Positions 38,896 to 47,443 of a stretch of 64,000 bases of DNA are shown here, in pieces. A program made the translations under genes and the position numbers. Numbering within the stretch: the first letter of the stretch is position 1; every line of letters begins with the position of its first letter. This DNA is from Candidatus Multivorans sp. (GTDB taxonomy: Bacteria > Acidobacteriota > Thermoanaerobaculia > Multivoradales > Multivoraceae), in contig OZ245033.1 of assembly GCA_965224025.1 (NCBI GenBank), forward strand, positions 576,001-640,000. The letters are read 5' to 3'. The notes beneath the pieces are model-generated. The model saw nothing but the letters and a program-made list of their open reading frames with translations. It was not told the origin of the DNA and searched no databases.

Positions 38896-39237
38896 TCAGT
38901 CCGCCGGGCGAAGAACCCTGGTGACGGCGACCGAGAGCTGCTGCCACCGCGACTGCTCGACCACGAGTTGCCGGCGCCCGGTCCTGGTGAGGCGGTAGTA
39001 CCTGGCCCGCTTGCCCTTGTCGGAGGTCTTCCACTCCGCCACGATCCAGCCGCGCGCCTCCAGCCGGTGAAGCGCCGGATACAGCGATCCGGTCTCGATG
39101 CGGAGCGCGTCTTCCGACACCCGCTGGATGTGTCCGGCGATCGCGTGGCCGTGTGCCGGGCCGTAGACCAGTGTGCGCAGGATGAGCAGGTCCAGGGTTC
39201 CATAGAGAAGCTGATTGCGGGGACTTGCTGGCGTCAT
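38896..39237 (-). CDS. PadR-family transcriptional regulator (acidobacterial type)
   Basis: LLYGTLDLLIL, HGHAI, GSLYPALHRLE, RARYYRLT.TGRRQL. Confidence 0.93.
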   Translation of the reverse strand: MTPASPRNQLLYGTLDLLILRTLVYGPAHGHAIAGHIQRVSEDALRIETGSLYPALHRLEARGWIVAEWKTSDKGKRARYYRLTRTGRRQLVVEQSRWQQLSVAVTRVLRPAD

Positions 39238-39283
39238 GGTATAGACAAACTACTCCATATGACGTAGATTGTCTACACCATGA
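39234..39283. promoter_or_regulatory. near-palindromic bidirectional promoter/operator
   Basis: 50 bp, 42/50 self-complementary, includes both ATGs; TAGACA-N17-TAGATT on + and TAGACA-N17-TAGTTT on -. Confidence 0.75.
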
Positions 39284-39951
39284 ATACGCTGATTCATCTG
39301 GAGAACGTCTCCAAGGTCTTCTACACGGACGAGGTCGAAACCCACGCGCTCGATGGAGTCACCCTGGACATCTGCTCCGGCGAGTACGTGGCGGTTTCCG
39401 GGCCTTCGGGCTGCGGCAAGTCGACCCTGCTGTCGATCCTCGGCCTGCTCGATACGCCGACGGCCGGCGACTACACGCTGAACGGCTATCCGGTGGCGCA
39501 GTTCCGGCAGTCGGAGCGAGCGCGAATCCGCAACCGCGAGATCGGCTTCATCTTCCAGAACTTCAACCTGATCGGCGACCTGACCGTGTACGAGAACGTC
39601 GAGCTCCCGCTCACCTACCGGGGAATCCGGCCGAGGGAGCGGCGCGAGCTGGTGGGCGAGGCACTGGAGAAGGTGGAGATGGCGCCGCGCGCGAAGCACC
39701 TGCCGAGCCAGCTCTCCGGGGGGCAGCAGCAGCGGGTCGCCGTCGCCCGCGCCGTGGCCGGCCAGCCGTCGATCCTGCTTGCCGACGAGCCGACCGGCAA
39801 CCTCGACTCGAGGAACGGCGGCGCGGTGATGGACCTGCTGCGGACGCTGCACGCGGAAGGATCGACGATCTGCATGGTGACTCACGATCCCCGGTACGCC
39901 GACTATGCCGAGCGGGAGATACACCTCTTCGACGGGCGGGCGACGACCTGA
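39280..39951 (+). CDS. ABC transporter ATP-binding protein (MacB/LolD type)
   Basis: [39 protein letters not shown]. Confidence 0.95.
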   Translation: MNTLIHLENVSKVFYTDEVETHALDGVTLDICSGEYVAVSGPSGCGKSTLLSILGLLDTPTAGDYTLNGYPVAQFRQSERARIRNREIGFIFQNFNLIGDLTVYENVELPLTYRGIRPRERRELVGEALEKVEMAPRAKHLPSQLSGGQQQRVAVARAVAGQPSILLADEPTGNLDSRNGGAVMDLLRTLHAEGSTICMVTHDPRYADYAEREIHLFDGRATT

Positions 39952-39976
39952 CGGGCAGGCCATCCTGGCGACCGGA

Positions 39977-41230
39977 ATGGACATCGCGAGACCGGACCTG
40001 GCGCGGAAGAAGAAGTTCCGCCGGGTGACGTATTTCTCCGTCGGCGGCGTCCTGCTCGTGCTGGTCACGCTCGCTTTGCAGCAGGTACAGCCGTCGGTGC
40101 CGCGCGTCGACCGCGACGCCTTGTACATCGACACCGTGCGGCGAGGCCCGATGGTCCGGGAGGTGCGGGGCCGGGGAACGCTGGTGCCGGAGAAGATCCG
40201 CTGGATTCCGGCGACGACGGAGGGGAACGTAGAGAGGATCGTGATCGATCCGGGCGCCGAGGTGACGCCGGATTCGGTCATCGTGGAACTCAGCAACCCC
40301 GAACTCGAGCACCAAGCCAGGGAAGCTGAGCTCAATCTGCGCGCCGCCGAGGCCCGGTACGAGAACCGGAAGGTGGAACTCGACAGCGAGCTTCTGATGC
40401 AGCGCGCGGGGCTCGCCAGCGTCGAAGCCGCGCTGGTCGTCGCCCGGCTCGAGGCGGACGCCGACGCCGAGCTGGCGAAGGACGGTCTGGCTTCGGCCAT
40501 CGAGCTCCAGCGGGCGCAGGCGTCGAAGCGGGAACACGAAACGCGCTTTGCACTGGAGGAGGAGCGCCTCGGCATCGCGGAAACGACGAAGGCCGCCAAG
40601 CTCGCCGTCGAGCGGGCGGAAGTGGATCGTCTACGCGCGATCTGGCAACTTCGGCTCGATCAGGTCGCGGCCCTGCAGGTCCGGGCCGGCATGCACGGCG
40701 TCCTCCAGCAGGTGCCAGTCGAGGAGGGGCAGCGCGTTACCGCGGGTACGAGCCTGGCCCGCGTCGGCGACCCGACGGCGCTGAAGGCCGAACTGCGGAT
40801 TGCCGAGACCCAGGCGAAGGACGTCCAGATCGGACAGGTCGCGACGGTCGACACGCGAAACGGGATCGTCCCCGGAAGGGTGGTCCGGATCGATCCGGCG
40901 GTGGAAGAGGGGACGGTGACGGTCGACGTTGCTCTGGAAGGCGACCTGCCGCGCGGGGCGCGGCCGGACTTGACCGTAGCCGGCACGATCGAGCTCGAGC
41001 GGCTCGAGGACGTGCTCTTCGTCGGTCGGCCCGTCGTCGGTCAGGAACAGAGCGAAGTCAGTCTCTTCCGACTCGACGGCGAGGGGAACGGCGCTGCTCG
41101 CACGCGCGTGCTCCTGGGCCGAAGCTCGGCCAACACGATCGAGGTGGTCGACGGGCTGCTACCGGGCGACATTGTGGTGCTGTCGGACATGTCCGCATGG
41201 GACGAGTTCGACCGAGTCCGCATCGACTAG
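39977..41230 (+). CDS. HlyD/MacA-type periplasmic adaptor subunit
   Basis: N-terminal TM, VRGRGTLVP, coiled coil, barrel-sandwich segments, EVVDGLLPGD. Confidence 0.9.
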   Translation: MDIARPDLARKKKFRRVTYFSVGGVLLVLVTLALQQVQPSVPRVDRDALYIDTVRRGPMVREVRGRGTLVPEKIRWIPATTEGNVERIVIDPGAEVTPDSVIVELSNPELEHQAREAELNLRAAEARYENRKVELDSELLMQRAGLASVEAALVVARLEADADAELAKDGLASAIELQRAQASKREHETRFALEEERLGIAETTKAAKLAVERAEVDRLRAIWQLRLDQVAALQVRAGMHGVLQQVPVEEGQRVTAGTSLARVGDPTALKAELRIAETQAKDVQIGQVATVDTRNGIVPGRVVRIDPAVEEGTVTVDVALEGDLPRGARPDLTVAGTIELERLEDVLFVGRPVVGQEQSEVSLFRLDGEGNGAARTRVLLGRSSANTIEVVDGLLPGDIVVLSDMSAWDEFDRVRID

Positions 41231-41403
41231 CCCATCCAGAAGCCCTTGCGGTGCGAGACGCCGAGCACCTTCTTGCACAGGGCGCAGAAGTAGACGTACC
41301 GCTTGCCGAGGAGTCCCGAGATGGCCCGGAACTGAAGGCGCACGGGCTGCTCGCAGTGCGGGCATAGGGGCGTGATGTCGTTGCGTTCTTCAGCCTGCAT
41401 CAT
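41227..41403 (-). CDS. 58-aa small protein with CPHC and CALC (putative zinc ribbon), absent from the ORF track
   Basis: AAGGAG RBS then MMQAEERNDITPLCPHCEQPVRLQFRAISGLLGKRYVYFCALCKKVLGVSHRKGFWMG*; fills the gap between DUF1501 and the convergent adaptor gene. Confidence 0.8.
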   Translation of the reverse strand: MMQAEERNDITPLCPHCEQPVRLQFRAISGLLGKRYVYFCALCKKVLGVSHRKGFWMG

Positions 41404-41418
41404 GGGTTGTCTCCTTGT

Positions 41419-42885
41419 TCAGGCGAGGACTTCGCGGATCACCCGCGCCTTCTCGACGCCGGTCAGCCGGGCGTCCAGGCCGCGGTGCCGGTGGGTGAAC
41501 CGCTCGTGGTCGATGCCGAACAGGTGCAGGATCGTCGCCTGGAAATCGTGGACGTGGACCGGGTCCTTGACGATGTTGTAAGAGAAGTCGTCGGTCTCGC
41601 CGTGGACGACGCCGCCCGCAACGCCGCCGCCGGCCATCCAGATGCTGTAGCAGCGGGGATGGTGGTCGCGGCCGTAGTCCTCGGCGGTCAGGGCCCCCTG
41701 GGAGTAGATGGTGCGCCCGAACTCGCCGCCCCAGATGACCAGGGTCTCGTCGAACAGGCCGCGTTCCTTGAGGTCCTGGATCAGGGCCCAGGCCGCGCGG
41801 TCGACATCGCGCGCCTGCGCGGGTAGCACCATCGGCAGCTTGGAATGGACATCCCATCCGCGGTGGTAGATCTGGACGAACCGCACGCCGCGCTCGACGA
41901 GGCGCCTCGCCATCAGTGCCGCGTTCTGGAACTTGCCGGGTTGCTTTGCTTCCTCGCCCCAGCGTTCGAACGTGCTGTCGGGTTCGCTTGACAGGTCGGC
42001 CATCTCGGGCACCGAAGACTGCATGCGGAACGCCATCTCGTACTGCTCGATGCGGGCCAGGGTCTCCGGATCGCCGACCTGGGCGTGGCGCAGCCGGTTC
42101 AGCTCGCTCATTCCGTCGAGCACGCGGCGGCGCACCGCGGGCGAGACCCCTTGCGGGTCCTTGAGGTAGAGGACCGGCTCGTCCCCGGTCTGCAACCCGA
42201 CCCCGGCGTACTCGGGCGACAGGAAACCGGAACTCCACAGCTTCGCCGAGATCGCCTGCAGGCCGGCCGCGGGATGGCTGCGTTCCGCGTTCATCACCAC
42301 GAAGGTGGGCAGGTTCTCGTTCATGCTGCCGAGGCCGTACGCGAACCAGGAGCCGATGCAGGGGCGGCCAGGGATCTGCTGGCCGGTCTGGATGAAGGTG
42401 ATGCCCGGCTCGTGGTTGATCGCGTCGGTGTGCATCGAGCGGATGATCGCGATGTCGTCCGCCATGCTCGCCGTGTGGGGCAGGAGCTCGGAGAACCAGG
42501 CGCCGCTCTCGCCGTGCTGCGAGAACTCGAAGACGGACGGCGCGATGGGGAAGCGCGACTGTCCGGACGTCATCGTCGTCAGGCGCTGCCCCTGCCGGAT
42601 CGAGTCGGGCAGGTCCTGGTCGAAGTACTCCTTCATCTTCGGCTTGTAGTCGAGCAGGTCCATCTGCGGCGGCGCGCCCATCATGTGAAGGTAGATGCAC
42701 TGCTTCGCCTTCGGCGCGAAGTGCGGCAGACCGGGCAGGCCGCCGACTTGGTCACGGGCGGTGGTCAGCGCGAAAGCGTCCTCTGCGAACAGGTTGGCCA
42801 GCGCCAGGCCGCCGATCCCGCGGGCGGCGGTGCCGAAGAACTGACGCCTCGTCTCGGCTCGAACGGTTTCCTTGAGTGGGTCCAT
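41419..42885 (-). CDS. DUF1501-family protein
   Basis: TRRQFF, PHFAPKAK, DYKP, AINHEP, GWDVH, WGGEFGRT, GRDHHP, RLTGV. Confidence 0.92.
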   Translation of the reverse strand: MDPLKETVRAETRRQFFGTAARGIGGLALANLFAEDAFALTTARDQVGGLPGLPHFAPKAKQCIYLHMMGAPPQMDLLDYKPKMKEYFDQDLPDSIRQGQRLTTMTSGQSRFPIAPSVFEFSQHGESGAWFSELLPHTASMADDIAIIRSMHTDAINHEPGITFIQTGQQIPGRPCIGSWFAYGLGSMNENLPTFVVMNAERSHPAAGLQAISAKLWSSGFLSPEYAGVGLQTGDEPVLYLKDPQGVSPAVRRRVLDGMSELNRLRHAQVGDPETLARIEQYEMAFRMQSSVPEMADLSSEPDSTFERWGEEAKQPGKFQNAALMARRLVERGVRFVQIYHRGWDVHSKLPMVLPAQARDVDRAAWALIQDLKERGLFDETLVIWGGEFGRTIYSQGALTAEDYGRDHHPRCYSIWMAGGGVAGGVVHGETDDFSYNIVKDPVHVHDFQATILHLFGIDHERFTHRHRGLDARLTGVEKARVIREVLA

Positions 42886-42903
42886 CTTCGGCGCCTCCAG
42901 CAG

Positions 42904-45900
42904 CTACTTGTTCAGGGCCTCGTCCAGGTTCATCAGTTGGCTTGCCAGCATCGTCCATGCCGCCGACTCAGGGGCTGCCAGCGCGGCATCGTGGGCCGAC
43001 TCGCCTGTAGCGACGAGCTTCTTCGCACCGGCCTCGTCGGAGCGGTAGAGGTCGATCAGGCCGTCGTACGTCTGCCGCGCGACCGCCCGTTCGGCGTCGT
43101 CGAAGGGCCGGGACAGGAGCCGGGTAGTGACGTAGTCGAGCCGGCGGTCGAAGTCGTCGCCGGCTTCCCGCATCGCCCGCTGGGCGAGGAACCGCGACGC
43201 CTCGACGAACTGCGTGTCGTTCATCACCACGAGCGCCTGGAGCGGCGTGTTCGTGCGCTCGCGGCGGACCACCGAGTGCTCGCGGTTGCCGGCGTCGAAG
43301 ATCGTCATCGAGGGCGGCGGCGCGGCGCGCTTCCAGAAGGTGTAGAGGCTGCGCCGGTGGAGCTTGTCCCCTGAGTCTCTTCGGTAACGGCACGTGTTGC
43401 TCGAGTTCATCGCCACGCGTTCCCAGTGGCCTTCCGGCTGGTACGGCTTGACGCTCGGTCCGCCGATCGTGCGCACCAGGAGACCGCTGGCGGCGAGCGC
43501 CGTGTCGCGCACCATCTCGGCGTCCATCCGGAAACGGGGGCCGCGCGAGAGCAGCCGGTTCTGGGGATCGCGCTCCAGCTTGTCCGGTGTGAGAGTGGCC
43601 GCCTGCCGGTAGGTCGACGAGGTCACCAGCCGCCGGAAGAAGCCCTTGACGTCCCAGCCCGACTCCCGGAACTCCGTCGCCAGGTAGTCGAGAAGCTCGG
43701 GGTGCGACGGCACCTCCCCCTGGGCGCCGAAGTCCTCGCTGGTCGCTACGAGCCCGGTGCCGAAGACCTGCTGCCAGAAGCGGTTCACGGTGACTCGCGC
43801 CGTCAGCGGGTTCGCCTCGTCCACCAGCCAGTGCGCCAGCCCGAGCCGGTTGCGGGGGAGGCCTTCCGGCATCGGTGGCAGCGCTGCCGGCGTTCCCGCG
43901 AGCACCCGCTCGCGCGGCTGGTCGTACATGCCGCGGTGGAGGACGTGGGCGGCCGCCTCGCTCCCTGGAATCTCCTGCATGACGTGGGTGACCGTGCCGC
44001 GGCGCCGCAGTTCGCGCCACTCCTTGTCGATCTCCAGTCTGCGGGTGACCAGCCGGCGGTACTCCTCGTCCTCTGAGTTCACGTAGCTCAACAGGAGACG
44101 ATGCCGGTCGTCGTAGGTCAGTTCCGCCGGTGTCTTGCTCGCGGCCGTTCGGATCGCGCCCCACTCCGAGATGACCCTGGCTTCCTCGACGGACAGGGCG
44201 CGGTCGAAGACGCGCACGTCGGCGACGCCGCCGCCGGCGAAGGACTGGGCCTTGCCCTCGCTCCTCAGGTCGTGGCGTCCGAGGTAGAACGGTCGGTCGG
44301 TGAGGATGCTGCCCTCGACCCTGGTGAAGAACTCGCTGCCCTGTTCGGCAACCCGCTCGCCGTCGCGGTAGATGTGCAGGCCTCCGCGCTCGCCGGAACC
44401 GTCATGGGTGACGACGATGTGGCTCCATTCGCCCGGGGTGAGCCGCTGCGTGTTGTTGGGGTTGATCGAAATGCTCGTCGCTCCGCGGCCCGGGCCGGCG
44501 CGATCGCCCCTGAGGCGAAAACTCAGTTCGCGCGCGCCGAGGGTGATCTGCCAGCCGCGGTTGGCGTCGTGGGGGTCGCTCTGGCTGGCGACGGTGTAGC
44601 TGCCCTCGGCCTCGGTCATGTAGATCCACATCGCCAGGGAGAACGGCGTGTCGGTGTCGATCTCGAGCGGCGGCAGTTCGGCCGACCCCTTGTCGCCGAA
44701 GAAGAGGGCAGGCAGGCCGTTCGGTCCGGGTTCAATGCGCACGGCCTCGTGGAGAGCGATCGGCTGGCGTTCTTCATTGGTGACTGCTGCCGGTTGCTCA
44801 CCGTCGAGATCGAGCCTCAGGAGCTCGGAAGTAACTCCGAGAGGTGCTTCGATCTCGCGATGGCCGTCGCTCGCAATCCACTCGGCAAACGTCGGTTCGA
44901 CCGCGTCGAGGCGCTCCGTCATCGCGTCCTCGAGCTCGCCGACCTCTGCGCGCAGCCGGTACCAGGTGTCGCGGTCGTCGTCCCGCGGCACCACCAAGGT
45001 CGGCGGCGGGTCGGAGATGTTGCCGTCCATCACGTACTGCGTGGTGTTGCGGAAGAACGCGGTCAGCGCGTAGAACTCACGTTGGCTGACGGGATCGAAC
45101 TTGTGGTCGTGGCAGGTCGCGCAGCCGACGGTCAGCCCCAGGAAGACGCTGCCGATCGTCTCGGCGCGGTCCTTGGCGTAGATCGCCTCGTACTCCTCGA
45201 CCAGCACGCCGCCTTCGTTGGTCGTGATGTTGTTGCGCTGCAGGCCGGTGGCGATCAACTGGTCGAGGGTGGGGTCTTCCAGCAGGTCGCCGGCGATCTG
45301 GTCGACGGTGAACTCGTTGAACGGCTGGTTCTCGTTGAACGCCTTGATGACCCAGTCCCGGTAGGCGTACATTTCCCGGTAGTTGTCGTTGTGGATGCCG
45401 TGGGTGTCCCCGTAGCGGGCGGCGTCGAGCCAGTAGCGGGCGCGGTGCTCGCCCCAGTGGGCCGAGGCGAGCAGACGGTCGACGAGCCGTTCGTAGGCGC
45501 CTTCCTCCGTGTCGTCGAGGAAGGTCGCGAGCGTGCCCGGGTCGGGAGGCAGGCCGGTCAGGTCGAGGGCAATGCGACGGGCGAGCGTGCGCCGGTCGGC
45601 TTCTGCGGTCGGGGTGAGTTCCTCCGCTTCGAGACGCGCCAGGACGAAGCGGTCGAGGGGATCGTGAATCCAGGCTTCGTCGTCGACCGTGGGCGCGGCC
45701 GGCCGGTCGGTCGGCTTGAACGACCAGTGCTGGTCCCAGGCGGCCCCCTGCTCGACCCAGCGCTTGAGGAGATCGATCTGTTCAGAGGAGAGCGACTTGT
45801 TCGAGGTCTCGGGCGGCATCCGCCGGATCGCGTCCGCGTGGGTGATGCGCTCGACCAGGAGGCTTGCAGAGGCGTCGCCGGGAACGACCGCCGGGTCGCG

Positions 45901-46206
45901 CGGCCGGTTGCTGCGCCCGGCGGGAGGCCGGGGGCTGAACGCGCCGTCGCGAGTGTCCAGCCTCAGGTCAGCCTCACGCGTCGCCTCGTCGGGACCGTGG
46001 CAGGCGAAGCAGTTGTCCGAGAGGATCGGCCGGACGTCGCGCTGGAAGTCGACGGTGGGCGCGGGCTCGGCGGCCGCGACGGCCTCGGTTGACGGCGGAG
46101 CGGAAACCGTCAGGAGCGCGCTCGCCAGCGCAACTAGCGGCAGGCGAACGGCCTCACGGGAAACCACTCGTGGAGCGGCGACTCCGAGTGACGCGAACGG
46201 GTTCAT
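42904..46206 (-). CDS. PSD1/planctomycete cytochrome c protein (PSCyt1, DUF1549, LamG, DUF1553)
   Basis: VRPILSDNCFACHGPD, HWSF, WLDAARYGDT, GCATCHDHKFDP, ARVTVNRFWQ, PSHPELLD, RTNTPLQAL; start uncertain. Confidence 0.92.
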   Translation of the reverse strand: MNPFASLGVAAPRVVSREAVRLPLVALASALLTVSAPPSTEAVAAAEPAPTVDFQRDVRPILSDNCFACHGPDEATREADLRLDTRDGAFSPRPPAGRSNRPRDPAVVPGDASASLLVERITHADAIRRMPPETSNKSLSSEQIDLLKRWVEQGAAWDQHWSFKPTDRPAAPTVDDEAWIHDPLDRFVLARLEAEELTPTAEADRRTLARRIALDLTGLPPDPGTLATFLDDTEEGAYERLVDRLLASAHWGEHRARYWLDAARYGDTHGIHNDNYREMYAYRDWVIKAFNENQPFNEFTVDQIAGDLLEDPTLDQLIATGLQRNNITTNEGGVLVEEYEAIYAKDRAETIGSVFLGLTVGCATCHDHKFDPVSQREFYALTAFFRNTTQYVMDGNISDPPPTLVVPRDDDRDTWYRLRAEVGELEDAMTERLDAVEPTFAEWIASDGHREIEAPLGVTSELLRLDLDGEQPAAVTNEERQPIALHEAVRIEPGPNGLPALFFGDKGSAELPPLEIDTDTPFSLAMWIYMTEAEGSYTVASQSDPHDANRGWQITLGARELSFRLRGDRAGPGRGATSISINPNNTQRLTPGEWSHIVVTHDGSGERGGLHIYRDGERVAEQGSEFFTRVEGSILTDRPFYLGRHDLRSEGKAQSFAGGGVADVRVFDRALSVEEARVISEWGAIRTAASKTPAELTYDDRHRLLLSYVNSEDEEYRRLVTRRLEIDKEWRELRRRGTVTHVMQEIPGSEAAAHVLHRGMYDQPRERVLAGTPAALPPMPEGLPRNRLGLAHWLVDEANPLTARVTVNRFWQQVFGTGLVATSEDFGAQGEVPSHPELLDYLATEFRESGWDVKGFFRRLVTSSTYRQAATLTPDKLERDPQNRLLSRGPRFRMDAEMVRDTALAASGLLVRTIGGPSVKPYQPEGHWERVAMNSSNTCRYRRDSGDKLHRRSLYTFWKRAAPPPSMTIFDAGNREHSVVRRERTNTPLQALVVMNDTQFVEASRFLAQRAMREAGDDFDRRLDYVTTRLLSRPFDDAERAVARQTYDGLIDLYRSDEAGAKKLVATGESAHDAALAAPESAAWTMLASQLMNLDEALNK

Positions 46207-46262
46207 GGAGAAGGTAGAGATTAACCGATGGCTGCTGGCCCGTTCCTGGGCTTCAGGAGAGA

Positions 46263-46826
46263 ATGAACGCGCCCCGGAGGAGCCGAGCCGTGATCGAAGA
46301 AGTCCTGTCCTTTTGGTTTGAACAGAACGGCCCCGAGCAGTGGTGGACCAGGGATCCGCGGTTCGACGCGGCGATCCGCTCACGGTTCGGGGCCCTGCAC
46401 GGGCGGGCGGTCCTGGGAGAGCTCGACGGCTGGCGCGACACGCCCGACGGTCGCCTGGCCGAGATCGTCGTGCTCGACCAGTTCTCACGCAACCTCTACC
46501 GCGGCGACCCGCGCGCCTTCGGGGCCGACGGGATGGCGCTGGCACTGGCGCAGGAGGCGGTGCGGATCGGCGCCGATCAAGCCGTGCCGCCTGTGAAGCG
46601 GCCGTTCTTCTACATGCCCTACCAGCACAGCGAATCGCCGCGAATCCACGAGGTCGCGGTCGCGCTGTTCGAGGGTCTGGCGGACCCGGAGACCTTGGAC
46701 TTCGAACGGCGGCACAAGGCGATCATTGATCGGTTCGGCCGCTACCCTCATCGCAACCAGTCGCTGGGCCGCGCCTCGACCGCGGAGGAGATTGCCTTCC
46801 TCAAGGAGCCAGGTTCCTCGTTCTGA
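46263..46826 (+). CDS. DUF924-family protein
   Basis: VLSFWF, IVVLDQFSRN, FFYMPYQHSE, FGRYPHRN..LGR. Confidence 0.9.
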   Translation: MNAPRRSRAVIEEVLSFWFEQNGPEQWWTRDPRFDAAIRSRFGALHGRAVLGELDGWRDTPDGRLAEIVVLDQFSRNLYRGDPRAFGADGMALALAQEAVRIGADQAVPPVKRPFFYMPYQHSESPRIHEVAVALFEGLADPETLDFERRHKAIIDRFGRYPHRNQSLGRASTAEEIAFLKEPGSSF

Positions 46827-46827
46827 G

Positions 46828-47349
46828 ATGAGGGAGCGTTTACCATTGGCCGTCGTTCCTGCGATTGCGGTGATGGCGTTGGCGTGCGCGACCATGGCGT
46901 CCACCACGCCGGGCTTGGTGCCGCCGGCCGCGCCCGCCGAGCAGCTACCGGCCGTGGAACCGGAGCCCGCGCCGGCCGCCGCTCCGACTTCGGTCCTCGA
47001 CGGCATCTTCACCGAAGCCCAGGCCCAACGCGGCCGGGCTTCGTACGGCGAGCACTGCGCCGAATGCCACGGCGAGGGCCTCGGCGGCGGCGAGATGGCG
47101 CCGGGATTGACCGGCGTCGCGTTCAGGTTTCGGTGGCGCGGGCTCAAGGTCGCCGACATCTACGCCAGCATCCAGTCGACCATGCCGCCGGAAGAACCCG
47201 GGACGCTCGGCGCCCAGGAGTACATCGACATCGTCGCCTTCCTGCTGAGCGCGACCGGCTACCCGACCGGCTACCCGACCGGCGATCGGGATTTTGCCGC
47301 GGACTCCGCGCTGTTGGAGGGTATTGCGGTCGAGCGGATACCTCCATAG
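46828..47349 (+). CDS. c-type cytochrome lipoprotein
   Basis: LAC lipobox, GIFTEAQAQRG...CAECH, TMP axial Met; 12-bp tandem duplication at 47253-47283 (TGYP twice). Confidence 0.85.
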   Translation: MRERLPLAVVPAIAVMALACATMASTTPGLVPPAAPAEQLPAVEPEPAPAAAPTSVLDGIFTEAQAQRGRASYGEHCAECHGEGLGGGEMAPGLTGVAFRFRWRGLKVADIYASIQSTMPPEEPGTLGAQEYIDIVAFLLSATGYPTGYPTGDRDFAADSALLEGIAVERIPP

Positions 47350-47443
47350 GGTAAGCGGCCGTTTGACGCGCGGTTTGCCGGGGGTCGAGTCATACGAGTC
47401 GTGCGGCAGCTCCCAACGATCCAGGGTTGAAGGTGTGAGCACG

